Positions 8,627 through 17,259 of a DNA stretch of 64,000 nt are shown here, in pieces; position 1 is the first letter of the stretch, and the number at the start of each line of letters is the position of its first letter. Under the pieces are notes generated by a model. It saw only the letters and a program-made list of their open reading frames with translations. It was not told where the DNA came from and did no database searches. A program made the translations under genes and the position numbers. The stretch comes from Burkholderiales bacterium (lineage in GTDB: Bacteria; Pseudomonadota; Gammaproteobacteria; Burkholderiales; SG8-39): positions 483-64,482 of the forward strand of contig DASZOS010000055.1 of the NCBI GenBank assembly GCA_035550695.1. The letters are read 5' to 3'.

Positions 8627-9433
8627 TCAGGCTGCGTCGGATGCCGGCTGCAGCCACCGCGCGCGCCGGCCGGCGCTGTTCGGCGTGGAAGCCGCCTGCC
8701 AGAGAAGCGAACCGTCGAAAAGGCCGTTGAACTGGGACTTCGTAATGACGTCCCGGTTGCCGTTCTGCCTCTTGCACACCGCGAAGAGCGAACGGAACTG
8801 CGCTCGGCTGACGATGCCTTCCGCTGAATGCCGCTCGAGCAGATCGAGAACCTGCCCGAAGCTCAATTCCCCGCCCGCGGCGTCGAACTGCGCCAGGTAC
8901 GGTGCGCGGCAGGCTTCGTCGATGGCGCCCTGGCGATCGAAGATCCCCGTGCCGGCGTGGCGCCTGGCGCCGATGCGCTCTATCTCGATGGCGGGCCAGC
9001 CGAAGAAAAGGGCCGAGAAAAGCGCCTTCACCGCCGCGCCGAACCGGGAGAAGCCAAGGCCGCGCCAGGCGCGGTAGTTCTCCCCCAGGGTGATCCTGCC
9101 GTCGAGATCCGGATCGAAGAAGTCCAGATGCAGGTGCAAGGCGGGACGCTCGGTCGGCACGTCGCCGCCGGCCTGCAGCGCCGCGCGCTCCGCCTGCGTC
9201 AGGGGCCCGCGCACCAGAAACTTCCCGTCGGGCGTCCTCGTGCCCGGCACTGCGCGCGCGAAGTACTCGGCGTAGTCCGACGCGCTCGCCAGCGCGCGTT
9301 CCGCCAGAGCGGCATCGGGCCGGTCGGCGCGGCGCACCGCGCCGCGCTCGTCGAGGTCGGCGCAGACGCTGCGCGCCGTGGTGTCGACCAGGAAGTAGGT
9401 TCGGGTGGCGCAATCGCGCAGGCGGATGTGCAT
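8627..9433 (-). CDS. Caleosin/peroxygenase-like EF-hand protein with N-terminal extension
   Basis: LHLHLDFFDPDLDGRITLGENYRAWRGLGF resembles the caleosin motif LQQHVAFFDxDxDGIIYPWETYxGFRxLGF. A hydrophobic segment follows, then IEIERIGARRHAGTGIFDRQG (caleosin IxxxNIHKAKHGSDSGxYDxEG), and the C-terminus has FDGSLL. Confidence 0.78.
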   Translation of the reverse strand: MHIRLRDCATRTYFLVDTTARSVCADLDERGAVRRADRPDAALAERALASASDYAEYFARAVPGTRTPDGKFLVRGPLTQAERAALQAGGDVPTERPALHLHLDFFDPDLDGRITLGENYRAWRGLGFSRFGAAVKALFSALFFGWPAIEIERIGARRHAGTGIFDRQGAIDEACRAPYLAQFDAAGGELSFGQVLDLLERHSAEGIVSRAQFRSLFAVCKRQNGNRDVITKSQFNGLFDGSLLWQAASTPNSAGRRARWLQPASDAA

Positions 9434-9437
9434 GGCG

Positions 9438-11798
9438 CTAATAGGCCTCGATCAGGGCGAGCGGGTGCTCTTCCGGCCGCTCTTTCGCCGATGTGCCCCA
9501 TGGCTCGAATGCGTTTTCCACGTTGTCGAGCCCGGCGCGTGCGAGCTGCGGATAGTGCTCGAGGAGCACGCTCTTGAACGTCGCCTTGCCGATGAGCGCC
9601 ATGCCGGTCTCGGTGTAGTACCGCGAATTCAATTTCTCGGTGTAGAACGGATCGGCGTGCAGGCGCCGGCTCGCCATCTGGATGAAGATGGTGAACAGCG
9701 TCTCGCCGAAGCCGAAGTTCTCCGGCCGCCACAGCTCGCACGAGGTTCCTGCGAGGAGGTCGAGGTTGTTCAGGCCCTTGTCGCCCTTGCCGTAGAGCTT
9801 CTCGAGCGCTGCCACGGTCTCGGCGCTGCAGCCGAGATCCTCGAACCGCTCGATCGGGTTGAGCCCGAGCATCCTGCGAAAGGCGTTGTACGGCGGCACG
9901 CCGCGCTCGCGCGCCCGCAGGATGTCGATCGCGCCGATATCGACAACCGGCTGCCCGGGCACGCTCATCTCGCACATGAACGCCGGGTAGTTGTTGTTCA
10001 CGAGCGCCGGCATGTGCTGGTGGCCGAAGGAATCGAGGAGCGCCGCCATGCCGAACTCGCGCACCATGGAGCGCGCGCCCGCGCCGCGAGTCGCGTCGGT
10101 GGGGATGACTTGCCCCGGCATCCGAATCTCGTCCGGGATGCCGGCATGCAGGCGGTATACCTCGGCGAACTCTTCGGTGAGGCCGTAGGGCTTGCCGAAG
10201 TTGTCGCGGCTGCCCGCGGCGATGCCGCCGAGCACGTGATGCCTGGGCTCCCAGCGCCGGTTGAGCCGCCGCTTGTGGAACGGCCTGCGCCAGGTCTCGA
10301 TCAGGCCCCACCAGTTGGTCGCCATGCCTGCAACCACCTTGCGGTTGGGAAGGACCGCGGGCGTCCATTCGACCGTCTGGATCTTCGCCATGATCGCTGC
10401 GTTGATGAGCCGCGCGGTATGGAAGACCTCGTCGCTCGTCCAGCGCTTGTGCTCCTGCCGCAGCCGCTTGCAGACGGAGTTGTGGTGCTTCACGAACAAG
10501 GTGTGCATGAGGTCCAGGCCGACCCACCAGTTGCGCGCGAAGCCGGTGTCCTCGATGCCCGTGGCCTGGTTGAGCGGCAGCAAGTCGCCTTCGATGCGCA
10601 GTTCGCCGTCGGGGCCGCAGCGCAGCCGGTCCTGCGTTTCCTGGTCCGATCCGTAGATATGCGACGCGTCCCACCAGTGCGTCACCTCGTTGAGGTACGT
10701 GAGTGGCCGCGCATCCTTCATCGGGTTGGGCGGGGAAAGCGGCACCTGCAGCGCGCCGATGCCGTAGCGGCTGCGCAGCGGATCGTCGGCCTCGAGGGCG
10801 AGCTTCCTCGCGCCGGGGACGGGGCTGGGGCGATGGCTCACCCAGTCGTGCGCCTGCGCCTGGATCCAGGCGATCGTGAGCAGGTTGAGGAAAGGCACCT
10901 CCTGCCGCGGCCGGTTTGCGTGCGGCGCGAGAATGAGCCGGCTCACCTCGCGCGGGCTCGGAAGGTCGGGGGCGTCGAGACGGCTCTCGCGATCCTTCAG
11001 CGGCAAGCCGCTGCGCTGGATCTCGGTGCCGGCCGCGCCTTCCATGGGGTCGTCGGTCGTCCACGCGCCGGTGGCGGTGCGGAAGCGCTCGGTCCAGGCC
11101 GGGCGTCGCTGCCCGGGCTGCTGATGCCCGACCAGGCTGCCGACGTACGTCGATTGCAGCTTGTCGCCGTTCAGGTCGCGGCGCCGACCGCCGAGCTCGA
11201 GCAGCCCGAGGGACGTGCCCAGACGATCCCAGCTTTCGAAGGCGAAAGTCGTATTTCGCTTGCGCAGCGCGTAGACCGCCCGAACGGCGCCCTCGGTGAG
11301 CAGGCCCAGCGTACGGCTGAATACCGCGTGCGCCAGCCGGATGAGCAAGCTGCCCCTGCGCTGCAGCGGCGGCTCTTCTGCGCTCGTCTCCGGAGCCCGG
11401 ATGGCGCCCGCGGGCGGCCGGCGCAGCTCCTCCGGCCGCAAATCCGGAAGCGGATCCACCGCGCGCTCGATCCCCGTCTTGCGGTTCGTCTGCGCGCGCT
11501 CGAGCAGTGCGCTCGCCGAGGGGCTTTTCGCGCTACGCAGCGAAGCAGCAAGGTGCCGTTCCGCTTCGGCCCAATCCTGCAGATGGAAAAACGCAAGGCC
11601 GAGAAGATGCCGGGTCTTGCCGTCGTGATCCGGCGATTCGAGGGTGAGCGCGCGGAGCAGCACGTCCCTGGCCGCGGTGAAATCGGCCTCGCCGCCCGGC
11701 TCCATAAGGCGGCGCGCCTCGGCCCGCAAGGCGTCTGCATCGGGAATATGCGGGCTCTTCGTTCCCGAGGCGGGCGCGCCGACTGCCGGTACTCTCAT
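9438..11798 (-). CDS. Heme peroxidase-cyclooxygenase superfamily protein, alpha-dioxygenase-like, with N-terminal TPR-like region
   Basis: Motifs PSPREVSR, NLLTIAWIQAQAHDW, NEVTHWWDASHIYGS, NWWVGLDLMHTLFVKHHNSVC, AKIQTVEWTPAVL, LTEEFAEVYRLH, IDILRARERGVPPYN and ASRRLHADPFYT. ATG 11798 is preceded by a GAGGAGG RBS. Confidence 0.9.
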   Translation of the reverse strand: MRVPAVGAPASGTKSPHIPDADALRAEARRLMEPGGEADFTAARDVLLRALTLESPDHDGKTRHLLGLAFFHLQDWAEAERHLAASLRSAKSPSASALLERAQTNRKTGIERAVDPLPDLRPEELRRPPAGAIRAPETSAEEPPLQRRGSLLIRLAHAVFSRTLGLLTEGAVRAVYALRKRNTTFAFESWDRLGTSLGLLELGGRRRDLNGDKLQSTYVGSLVGHQQPGQRRPAWTERFRTATGAWTTDDPMEGAAGTEIQRSGLPLKDRESRLDAPDLPSPREVSRLILAPHANRPRQEVPFLNLLTIAWIQAQAHDWVSHRPSPVPGARKLALEADDPLRSRYGIGALQVPLSPPNPMKDARPLTYLNEVTHWWDASHIYGSDQETQDRLRCGPDGELRIEGDLLPLNQATGIEDTGFARNWWVGLDLMHTLFVKHHNSVCKRLRQEHKRWTSDEVFHTARLINAAIMAKIQTVEWTPAVLPNRKVVAGMATNWWGLIETWRRPFHKRRLNRRWEPRHHVLGGIAAGSRDNFGKPYGLTEEFAEVYRLHAGIPDEIRMPGQVIPTDATRGAGARSMVREFGMAALLDSFGHQHMPALVNNNYPAFMCEMSVPGQPVVDIGAIDILRARERGVPPYNAFRRMLGLNPIERFEDLGCSAETVAALEKLYGKGDKGLNNLDLLAGTSCELWRPENFGFGETLFTIFIQMASRRLHADPFYTEKLNSRYYTETGMALIGKATFKSVLLEHYPQLARAGLDNVENAFEPWGTSAKERPEEHPLALIEAY

Positions 11799-11891
11799 AG
11801 ACACCTCCTCCGCCCCCCGGCCGATTCTCCGCCTGCGTTCAGGCGGGGCGCAATAGTTCACATCGCTACAAGCCGGGCAGATTGCCTCCGG

Positions 11892-12617
11892 CTATCTGCC
11901 CAGAGCGCTCTTCTTCCACAGCTCCCAGGGCCGCTCGAGCGTGCCGCGATTGGAAGCGGTCGAGCGCTTGCCCTCCTCCTCGCTGAGAAACTCGATCGGA
12001 CCCTCGAGCAGCCTCGCCTGCAGCTGCAGGCGCGCGTTCATTTCCGTGTAGATCGCGCGGAACACCGCCTCGGGCACGCCGTCGCCCACCACGGTCATGC
12101 CGTGGCCGCGCATCAGCACGCAGTTGCAGCCGCCGAGCGATTCGGCGAGCGCCTGTCCCAAGGGACGGTCCCGCACCAGCAGATCATTCTCTTCCCTTTG
12201 TTTCCTGATATCGAAAACCGGCACGCCGGACCAGAGAAACGAGCCCATGTGGTAGATCGGGCGCAGCTTCGTGCGCGTGACGCCAAAGGGGATGACCGAC
12301 GGCGAATGGCTGTGCACCACCGCCATCACCTCGGGCCGGGTGCGGTAGATCTCGCCGTGGATGTAGCGCTCGATGAAGCCCTTGCGCTTGTCGCCCGGCA
12401 GCGCCTCGCTGTCGGCGTCGAGCTCCATCAGGTCGGCCGCGGTGACCAGCGCCGGCGCGCGCGAGCGCGACATGATGAAGTGCTCGGGGCGCCTGTCGCA
12501 GCGCGCGCTGATATGGCCGTAGGCGTCCAGCACCCCGTGCATCGCGAGGATGCGGCTGCCCGCGACGAGGTCCTCGACGAGCGCGCGGCTGGAGGAGAGC
12601 TTCGTGGTTTTTTTCAT
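11892..12617 (-). CDS. Class II aldolase/adducin family protein
   Basis: Starts MKKTTKLSS at ATG 12617. Motifs DAYGHISAR, ERYIHGEIYRTRPEVMAVVHSHSP and LMRGHG. Confidence 0.9.
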   Translation of the reverse strand: MKKTTKLSSSRALVEDLVAGSRILAMHGVLDAYGHISARCDRRPEHFIMSRSRAPALVTAADLMELDADSEALPGDKRKGFIERYIHGEIYRTRPEVMAVVHSHSPSVIPFGVTRTKLRPIYHMGSFLWSGVPVFDIRKQREENDLLVRDRPLGQALAESLGGCNCVLMRGHGMTVVGDGVPEAVFRAIYTEMNARLQLQARLLEGPIEFLSEEEGKRSTASNRGTLERPWELWKKSALGR

Positions 12618-13819
12618 CGGAATCGCATTTCCCTGAGATGCGGCGAGAAGAAGTAAAGGACCACCATTGCGCCGATCGCCGTCGCCGCGACGGCCACCGA
12701 GGCGCCCCTTACGCCGAAAAGATCCGACAGCGGCCCGGCGACGAAAGCGCCGGCCGAGATCATCGCCGGATAGAGCATGGCCAAGCTCGAGATGCGGGCG
12801 CGCATTTCCTCGGGCGCGCTCATCTGCAGCATCGCCATGTTGCTCGCGGTGTGCGCCATCTCCGCCAGGCCGCCGAGCACGCTGAAGGCCACGGCGAGCG
12901 TGAACGACTGGCTTGCCGCGATGCCGAGAATCGCCGCCGCCATCACCACGATCCATCCCGCCTGGAGGAGCGTCTGGCGCTCGGCGCGCGCCAGCATGTT
13001 GGCGGCGAGGCCTCCGGCCGTGCCGCCGATCCCCACCGCGGTGAGCAGCACGCCGAGCCCCTGCGGCCCCGCCTGGAAGACGTCCTTGGCGTAGATCGGG
13101 AAGAGCGTCACCCACACCGGCACGAGAAGGAAGTACGGCAAGACCCCGAGGATGAGCAGAAGCCGCATGCGCGGGTCGCGCGCGGCGAAGCGCAGTCCCT
13201 CGAGCATGTCCGCGAACGCCGAGCGCCCGGGATGAAGCTGGCGCCTCGGCGGGAAAGCCACCATGAGCACCATCAGCGCCGAGGCGCCGTAGAGCAGTCC
13301 CTGGATGAAAAAGCTGCCCGCGGCGCCGAACCAGCCGATGAGATAGCCGGCGGCGGCCGGACCGAAAACGCGCATCACGGAAAAGCCCATGGTGTTGAGC
13401 GCGACGGCCTTCACCGCGTCCTCGCGCGCGACCAGCTCGAAGGCGGTGGTGAAACGCGCCGGACGGTCCATCACGTTCGATGCGCCCATCAGCATCGTAA
13501 AGGCGAAGAGCATCCACAAGCTCACCGCGCCGAGCGCAAGCGCGGCGCCGAAGGCGAGCGATACCGCCGCGGCGAGCGCCTGGCTCGCCTGCATCAGCCG
13601 CCGGCGGTCGTAGCGCTCGGCGGCCACGCCGGAGAGCGGCGTAAGCAGAAACATCGGTATCGCGCGCGCCCCCATGACCACGCCGAGGAGCGCGCCCGAG
13701 CCGGTGATCTCGTAGACCACCCAGCCGAGCGCCGCCTGCTGGATCCACTGCGCCGCCCATGAGAGCAGCGACCCGCTCCACAGCCAGCGGAAATCGCGGT
13801 ACGAGAGCGCCGACGCCAG
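12614..13819 (-). CDS. MFS transporter; conserved N-terminus begins at a CTG directly after the upstream stop
   Basis: GVAAERYDRRRLM motif and about 12 TM segments. The in-frame upstream extension LASALSYRDFRWLWSGSLLSWAAQWIQQAALGWVVYEITGS looks like TM1. The first canonical start (GTG) is at 13720. Confidence 0.85.
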   Translation of the reverse strand: MASALSYRDFRWLWSGSLLSWAAQWIQQAALGWVVYEITGSGALLGVVMGARAIPMFLLTPLSGVAAERYDRRRLMQASQALAAAVSLAFGAALALGAVSLWMLFAFTMLMGASNVMDRPARFTTAFELVAREDAVKAVALNTMGFSVMRVFGPAAAGYLIGWFGAAGSFFIQGLLYGASALMVLMVAFPPRRQLHPGRSAFADMLEGLRFAARDPRMRLLLILGVLPYFLLVPVWVTLFPIYAKDVFQAGPQGLGVLLTAVGIGGTAGGLAANMLARAERQTLLQAGWIVVMAAAILGIAASQSFTLAVAFSVLGGLAEMAHTASNMAMLQMSAPEEMRARISSLAMLYPAMISAGAFVAGPLSDLFGVRGASVAVAATAIGAMVVLYFFSPHLREMRFR

Positions 13820-15562
13820 TCAGCGCCTCGCGGCCGAGGCGCTCGCGCCGCTGATGGGCGCGTCGTAGCCGGGAACGACGCGCACGTCGACGACGCACAC
13901 CGCTCCGGCTTTGACCTGGTCGATGGCCTGCCTTATCGAGCCTCGCAATTCCTTCGGGTCCTTCACCGGACCGATGCCCACGGCGCCCTGCGCTCGCGCC
14001 ATCAGCGCGAGATCGATGTCGGGCTCGTCGATGCGCTGGCCGATCCACTTGTTCTCCACCGGCCGGCCGCGCTCGTTCGCCACGCGCTCCTGGTGCAGCT
14101 CGTCGTTGTAGAACGAGCGATTGTTCGCGACGAGGAAAAGGCACGGCAGCTTATAGTGCACCGCGGTCCAGAGCGCGGTATTTCCCATGAGGAAGTCGCC
14201 GTCGCCGACGATGCCGACCACCATGCGGCCCGTGTCCTTGAGCGCGAGCGCGGCGCCGACGGTGAGCCCCGGTCCGGCGCCGACGCCGCCGCCGCCGTCG
14301 GCGCCGAGGTAATCGAGCGGGTGCCGGAAATGGCGATAGGCGCCGTTCCAGCCGAGCGGCAGCTTCGCGATGCAGACCTCCATGCCCTCGGTGAGCTCGT
14401 TGAAGGCGCGCGCCAGCGCACGGATGGAAACTGCGTCCTCTTCTTTAGCGACAATCTCTTGTTTTTGAAGTATCGCAGCCGGTCGCGCTCGAACCGCTTC
14501 GAGCAATAACGGCACGGCGACGTCGGGCTCGCACATGAGGTACACATCCGAAGGCGCCAGCCCCAGGTAGTCTGCGCTCCATCCCCGGTGCAGGTGCGCG
14601 TCGACGGAAACCCGGATCACCTTGGCGCCTATCGGCGCCTCGCCGAAGGCCGCCTTCAGCGTTCCGGCGGTGTCGACCCAGTCGAGCGAGAGGATGACGT
14701 CGGCTTCGCGCAGGAGCCTCCCGTCCGGGAACGTCGCCGGCGGTGCGGCGTGCAGCGGATGATCGGTGGGAAAAGCCGCGGCGGTCTTGATGTCGGTGAA
14801 TACCTTCGCCTGCAGCTTCTCCGCCAGCGCAACGCGCGCCTTCCATGCTTCCTCGCCGCGGCTCACGCGCCCGATGAGGATGGCGGGATTTTTCGCCGCG
14901 GAGAGAAGTCCTGCCGCTTCGCCAACAACCACGTCGTTAGGCCGTACCGGTTCCGGAGCCCGGAACCTCGACACGTCGGGAAGCGGCGGAAGCGCGCCGA
15001 TCTTCGCTTCCTGCAGCGCCGCGTCGAGGTTGATGTAGGTCGGTCCGCGCGGCGCGGTGTTCGCCATCTGCGCCGCGCGCAGCAGCGCTTCATAGGCCGC
15101 CGGCACCGAAGCCGGCTGGTTGTCCCACTTGGTGTAGTCGCGCACCAGCGCGCCCTGGTCCGAGGCGGTGTGGATCCAGTCGATCCACGGCCGCCTGCGC
15201 GCCGCGTCCCACGGCCCGGTGGCGCCGAGGACGAGCATCGGCATCCGGTCGCACCAGGCGTTGAAGATCGCCATCGACCCGTGCATCAGGCCCACGTTCG
15301 AGTGCAGCACCACCCCCATCATCCGGCCCGACGCCCGGGCGTAGCCGTGCGCGATGGCGACCGCCGCCTCCTCGTGCAGGCACAGGAGCATCTGCGGGCG
15401 CTCGTTGCCGAGGTAGTTGACGAGGCTGTCGTGCAGCCCGCGGTAGCTTGCCCCGGGGTTCAGCGCCAGGTACGGGATGTCGAGCGAGCGCAGCATCGCG
15501 GCGATCGCGTCGCTCCCCCACAGCTCCTTCTGCTCGGGGACCGGAACCGGTAAGTCACGCAA
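13820..15562 (-). CDS. Thiamine diphosphate-dependent enzyme (acetolactate synthase/benzoylformate decarboxylase-like)
   Basis: LCLHEEAAVAIAHGYA (catalytic Glu region) and the ThDP motif GDGDFLM...ANN. Confidence 0.92.
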   Translation of the reverse strand: MRDLPVPVPEQKELWGSDAIAAMLRSLDIPYLALNPGASYRGLHDSLVNYLGNERPQMLLCLHEEAAVAIAHGYARASGRMMGVVLHSNVGLMHGSMAIFNAWCDRMPMLVLGATGPWDAARRRPWIDWIHTASDQGALVRDYTKWDNQPASVPAAYEALLRAAQMANTAPRGPTYINLDAALQEAKIGALPPLPDVSRFRAPEPVRPNDVVVGEAAGLLSAAKNPAILIGRVSRGEEAWKARVALAEKLQAKVFTDIKTAAAFPTDHPLHAAPPATFPDGRLLREADVILSLDWVDTAGTLKAAFGEAPIGAKVIRVSVDAHLHRGWSADYLGLAPSDVYLMCEPDVAVPLLLEAVRARPAAILQKQEIVAKEEDAVSIRALARAFNELTEGMEVCIAKLPLGWNGAYRHFRHPLDYLGADGGGGVGAGPGLTVGAALALKDTGRMVVGIVGDGDFLMGNTALWTAVHYKLPCLFLVANNRSFYNDELHQERVANERGRPVENKWIGQRIDEPDIDLALMARAQGAVGIGPVKDPKELRGSIRQAIDQVKAGAVCVVDVRVVPGYDAPISGASASAARR

Positions 15563-15652
15563 GCTCGTCTCCTCCGGATTGTTGCATCGCGCAGTTTACC
15601 TATTGAAGGGCACGGAATACGATGCCCGTTCCACCTGAGGAGGAGGAAGCCC

Positions 15653-17191
15653 ATGAGCATGTTGACCCCGGCGGAGCTGGAGAAACTCGCCGGCGCGGAA
15701 ACGCTGTTTCCGTCCCCGATTCCCGTGCAGTTCGTGTCAAGCGACGAGTTCATGCCCTCGCCGCAGACGCCCGGGCAGCGCGAGTTCGAGGCGCGCGTGA
15801 AGGACATCGGCGCACGCCTCGCGAAGAAGCACGGCATGACCCGCCGCCGCTTCTTCAAGACCGCGGGCGGCATGGCGGCGGCGTTCATGGCGATGAACGA
15901 GGTGTACGCGAGAAACGCCGGTCCCATTTACGAGGTGCTCAAGGGCGAGGCGGCGAACCTGGACGTGGCGCAGGCGCGCGCCGATGCGCTCAAGAACCAG
16001 TTCGTGATGGACATGCACACGCATTTCCTGCGCGACGATACGCCTATCAAGACCTTCATCGCGCAGCGCGAGACGGTCGGCAAAGCGGGCTGGAACCCCG
16101 CGCTCAAGGACAAGCCGCAGACCATCGACGACCTGAAGTTCCCGAACTACTTCAAGGAGATCTTCCTCGACAGCGACACCAAGGTGGCCTGCATCAGCGG
16201 CTCGTACTCGGTGGACCCGAAGTACTCGTTCCTCACCAACGACATGAAGCGCGACGCGCGCGAGAAGATCAACAAGGAAGCGGGCACGCGGCGCATGTAC
16301 TCGCACGCCATCTTCACGCCGAAGTGGGACGGCTGGCTGGAGAAGGCCGAGGAGGAAATGGAGCGCCTGCGGCCCGACTCGTGGAAGGGCTACACCATCG
16401 GCGACAACACCAACAAGCACCTGTCGAAATTCCCCTTCCGCCTCGACGACGAGAAGGTGATGTACCCGTTCTACGAGCGCGTGGTGAAGTGGATGGCGAA
16501 GCACCCGGACCGCCCGGGCCTCAAGAACATCTGCATCCACAAGGGCCTCTTCCCGCCCTCGGTCGAGGCGAACTTCCCGCACCTGCTCGGCTACTGCAAC
16601 GTGGCCGATGTCGGCAAGGCGGCGAAGGACTGGCCGCAGCTCAACTTCGTCATCTATCACTCGGCCTACCGCTGGATCGCCGGGCCCGGCGGCACCGCGG
16701 CGAACGCATGGGACCAGCTGCAGCGCACCGGGCGCGTCGACTGGGTGACCGACCTCGCGCACATCCCGTCGCAGTTCGGCGTGACCAACGTCTATGCCGA
16801 CCTCGGGCAGATCTTCGCCCACAGCAACATGGCCGAGCCGCGCGTGGCCGCCTACATGCTCGGCGTGATGATCGCCGGCATGGGAGCCGACCACATCTGC
16901 TGGGGCACCGACGCCCTGTGGACCGGCTCGCCGCAGTGGCAGATCGAAGCGCTGCGCCGCATGGAGATCCCCGAGGGCATCCAGAAGACGTACGGCCTCA
17001 AGCCGCTGGGGCCGGCCGACGGCCCCGTGAAGACCGCCATCCTCGGCGGCAACAACGCGCGCCTGTACGGCTACTCGCCGAAGCAGATGAGCGGTCTGCA
17101 GAACGACAAGGTCGCCTACTACAAGTCGATCTACGAGAAGCATGGCGGCGACCGCAGCAATATCGCCTACGGCTACATCAACAGGGGCTAG
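15653..17191 (+). CDS. Amidohydrolase superfamily protein
   Basis: DMHTH metal motif, ICIHKG, FVIYHS and ICWGTDALW. Strong RBS (GAGGAGGAGG). Confidence 0.88.
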   Translation: MSMLTPAELEKLAGAETLFPSPIPVQFVSSDEFMPSPQTPGQREFEARVKDIGARLAKKHGMTRRRFFKTAGGMAAAFMAMNEVYARNAGPIYEVLKGEAANLDVAQARADALKNQFVMDMHTHFLRDDTPIKTFIAQRETVGKAGWNPALKDKPQTIDDLKFPNYFKEIFLDSDTKVACISGSYSVDPKYSFLTNDMKRDAREKINKEAGTRRMYSHAIFTPKWDGWLEKAEEEMERLRPDSWKGYTIGDNTNKHLSKFPFRLDDEKVMYPFYERVVKWMAKHPDRPGLKNICIHKGLFPPSVEANFPHLLGYCNVADVGKAAKDWPQLNFVIYHSAYRWIAGPGGTAANAWDQLQRTGRVDWVTDLAHIPSQFGVTNVYADLGQIFAHSNMAEPRVAAYMLGVMIAGMGADHICWGTDALWTGSPQWQIEALRRMEIPEGIQKTYGLKPLGPADGPVKTAILGGNNARLYGYSPKQMSGLQNDKVAYYKSIYEKHGGDRSNIAYGYINRG

Positions 17192-17206
17192 GCGCCAGCC
17201 GGCCGG

Positions 17207-17241
17207 AGCCCGCGAACCGCTCGCGGGCTTTTTCTTTTTTT
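17207..17241 (+). terminator. Intrinsic terminator
   Basis: 9-bp stem AGCCCGCGA/TCGCGGGCT with a 5-nt loop, followed by a long T-rich run. Confidence 0.85.
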
Positions 17242-17259
17242 GCGGCTAAACTGCGCGCC

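Noticed and set aside
5402..8827. Very long + strand ORF (1141 aa), and similar ones at 9405-12656, 55955-59308 and 1292-3595
   Set aside because: Antisense or off-frame shadows of real genes, expected in high-GC DNA. They are Arg/Ala-rich and carry no recognisable motifs.
11829..11846. Small hairpin CCGCCTG-CGTT-CAGGCGG upstream of the dioxygenase operon
   Set aside because: A 7-bp GC stem is expected by chance at this GC content, and there is no U-tract or recognisable riboswitch pattern.
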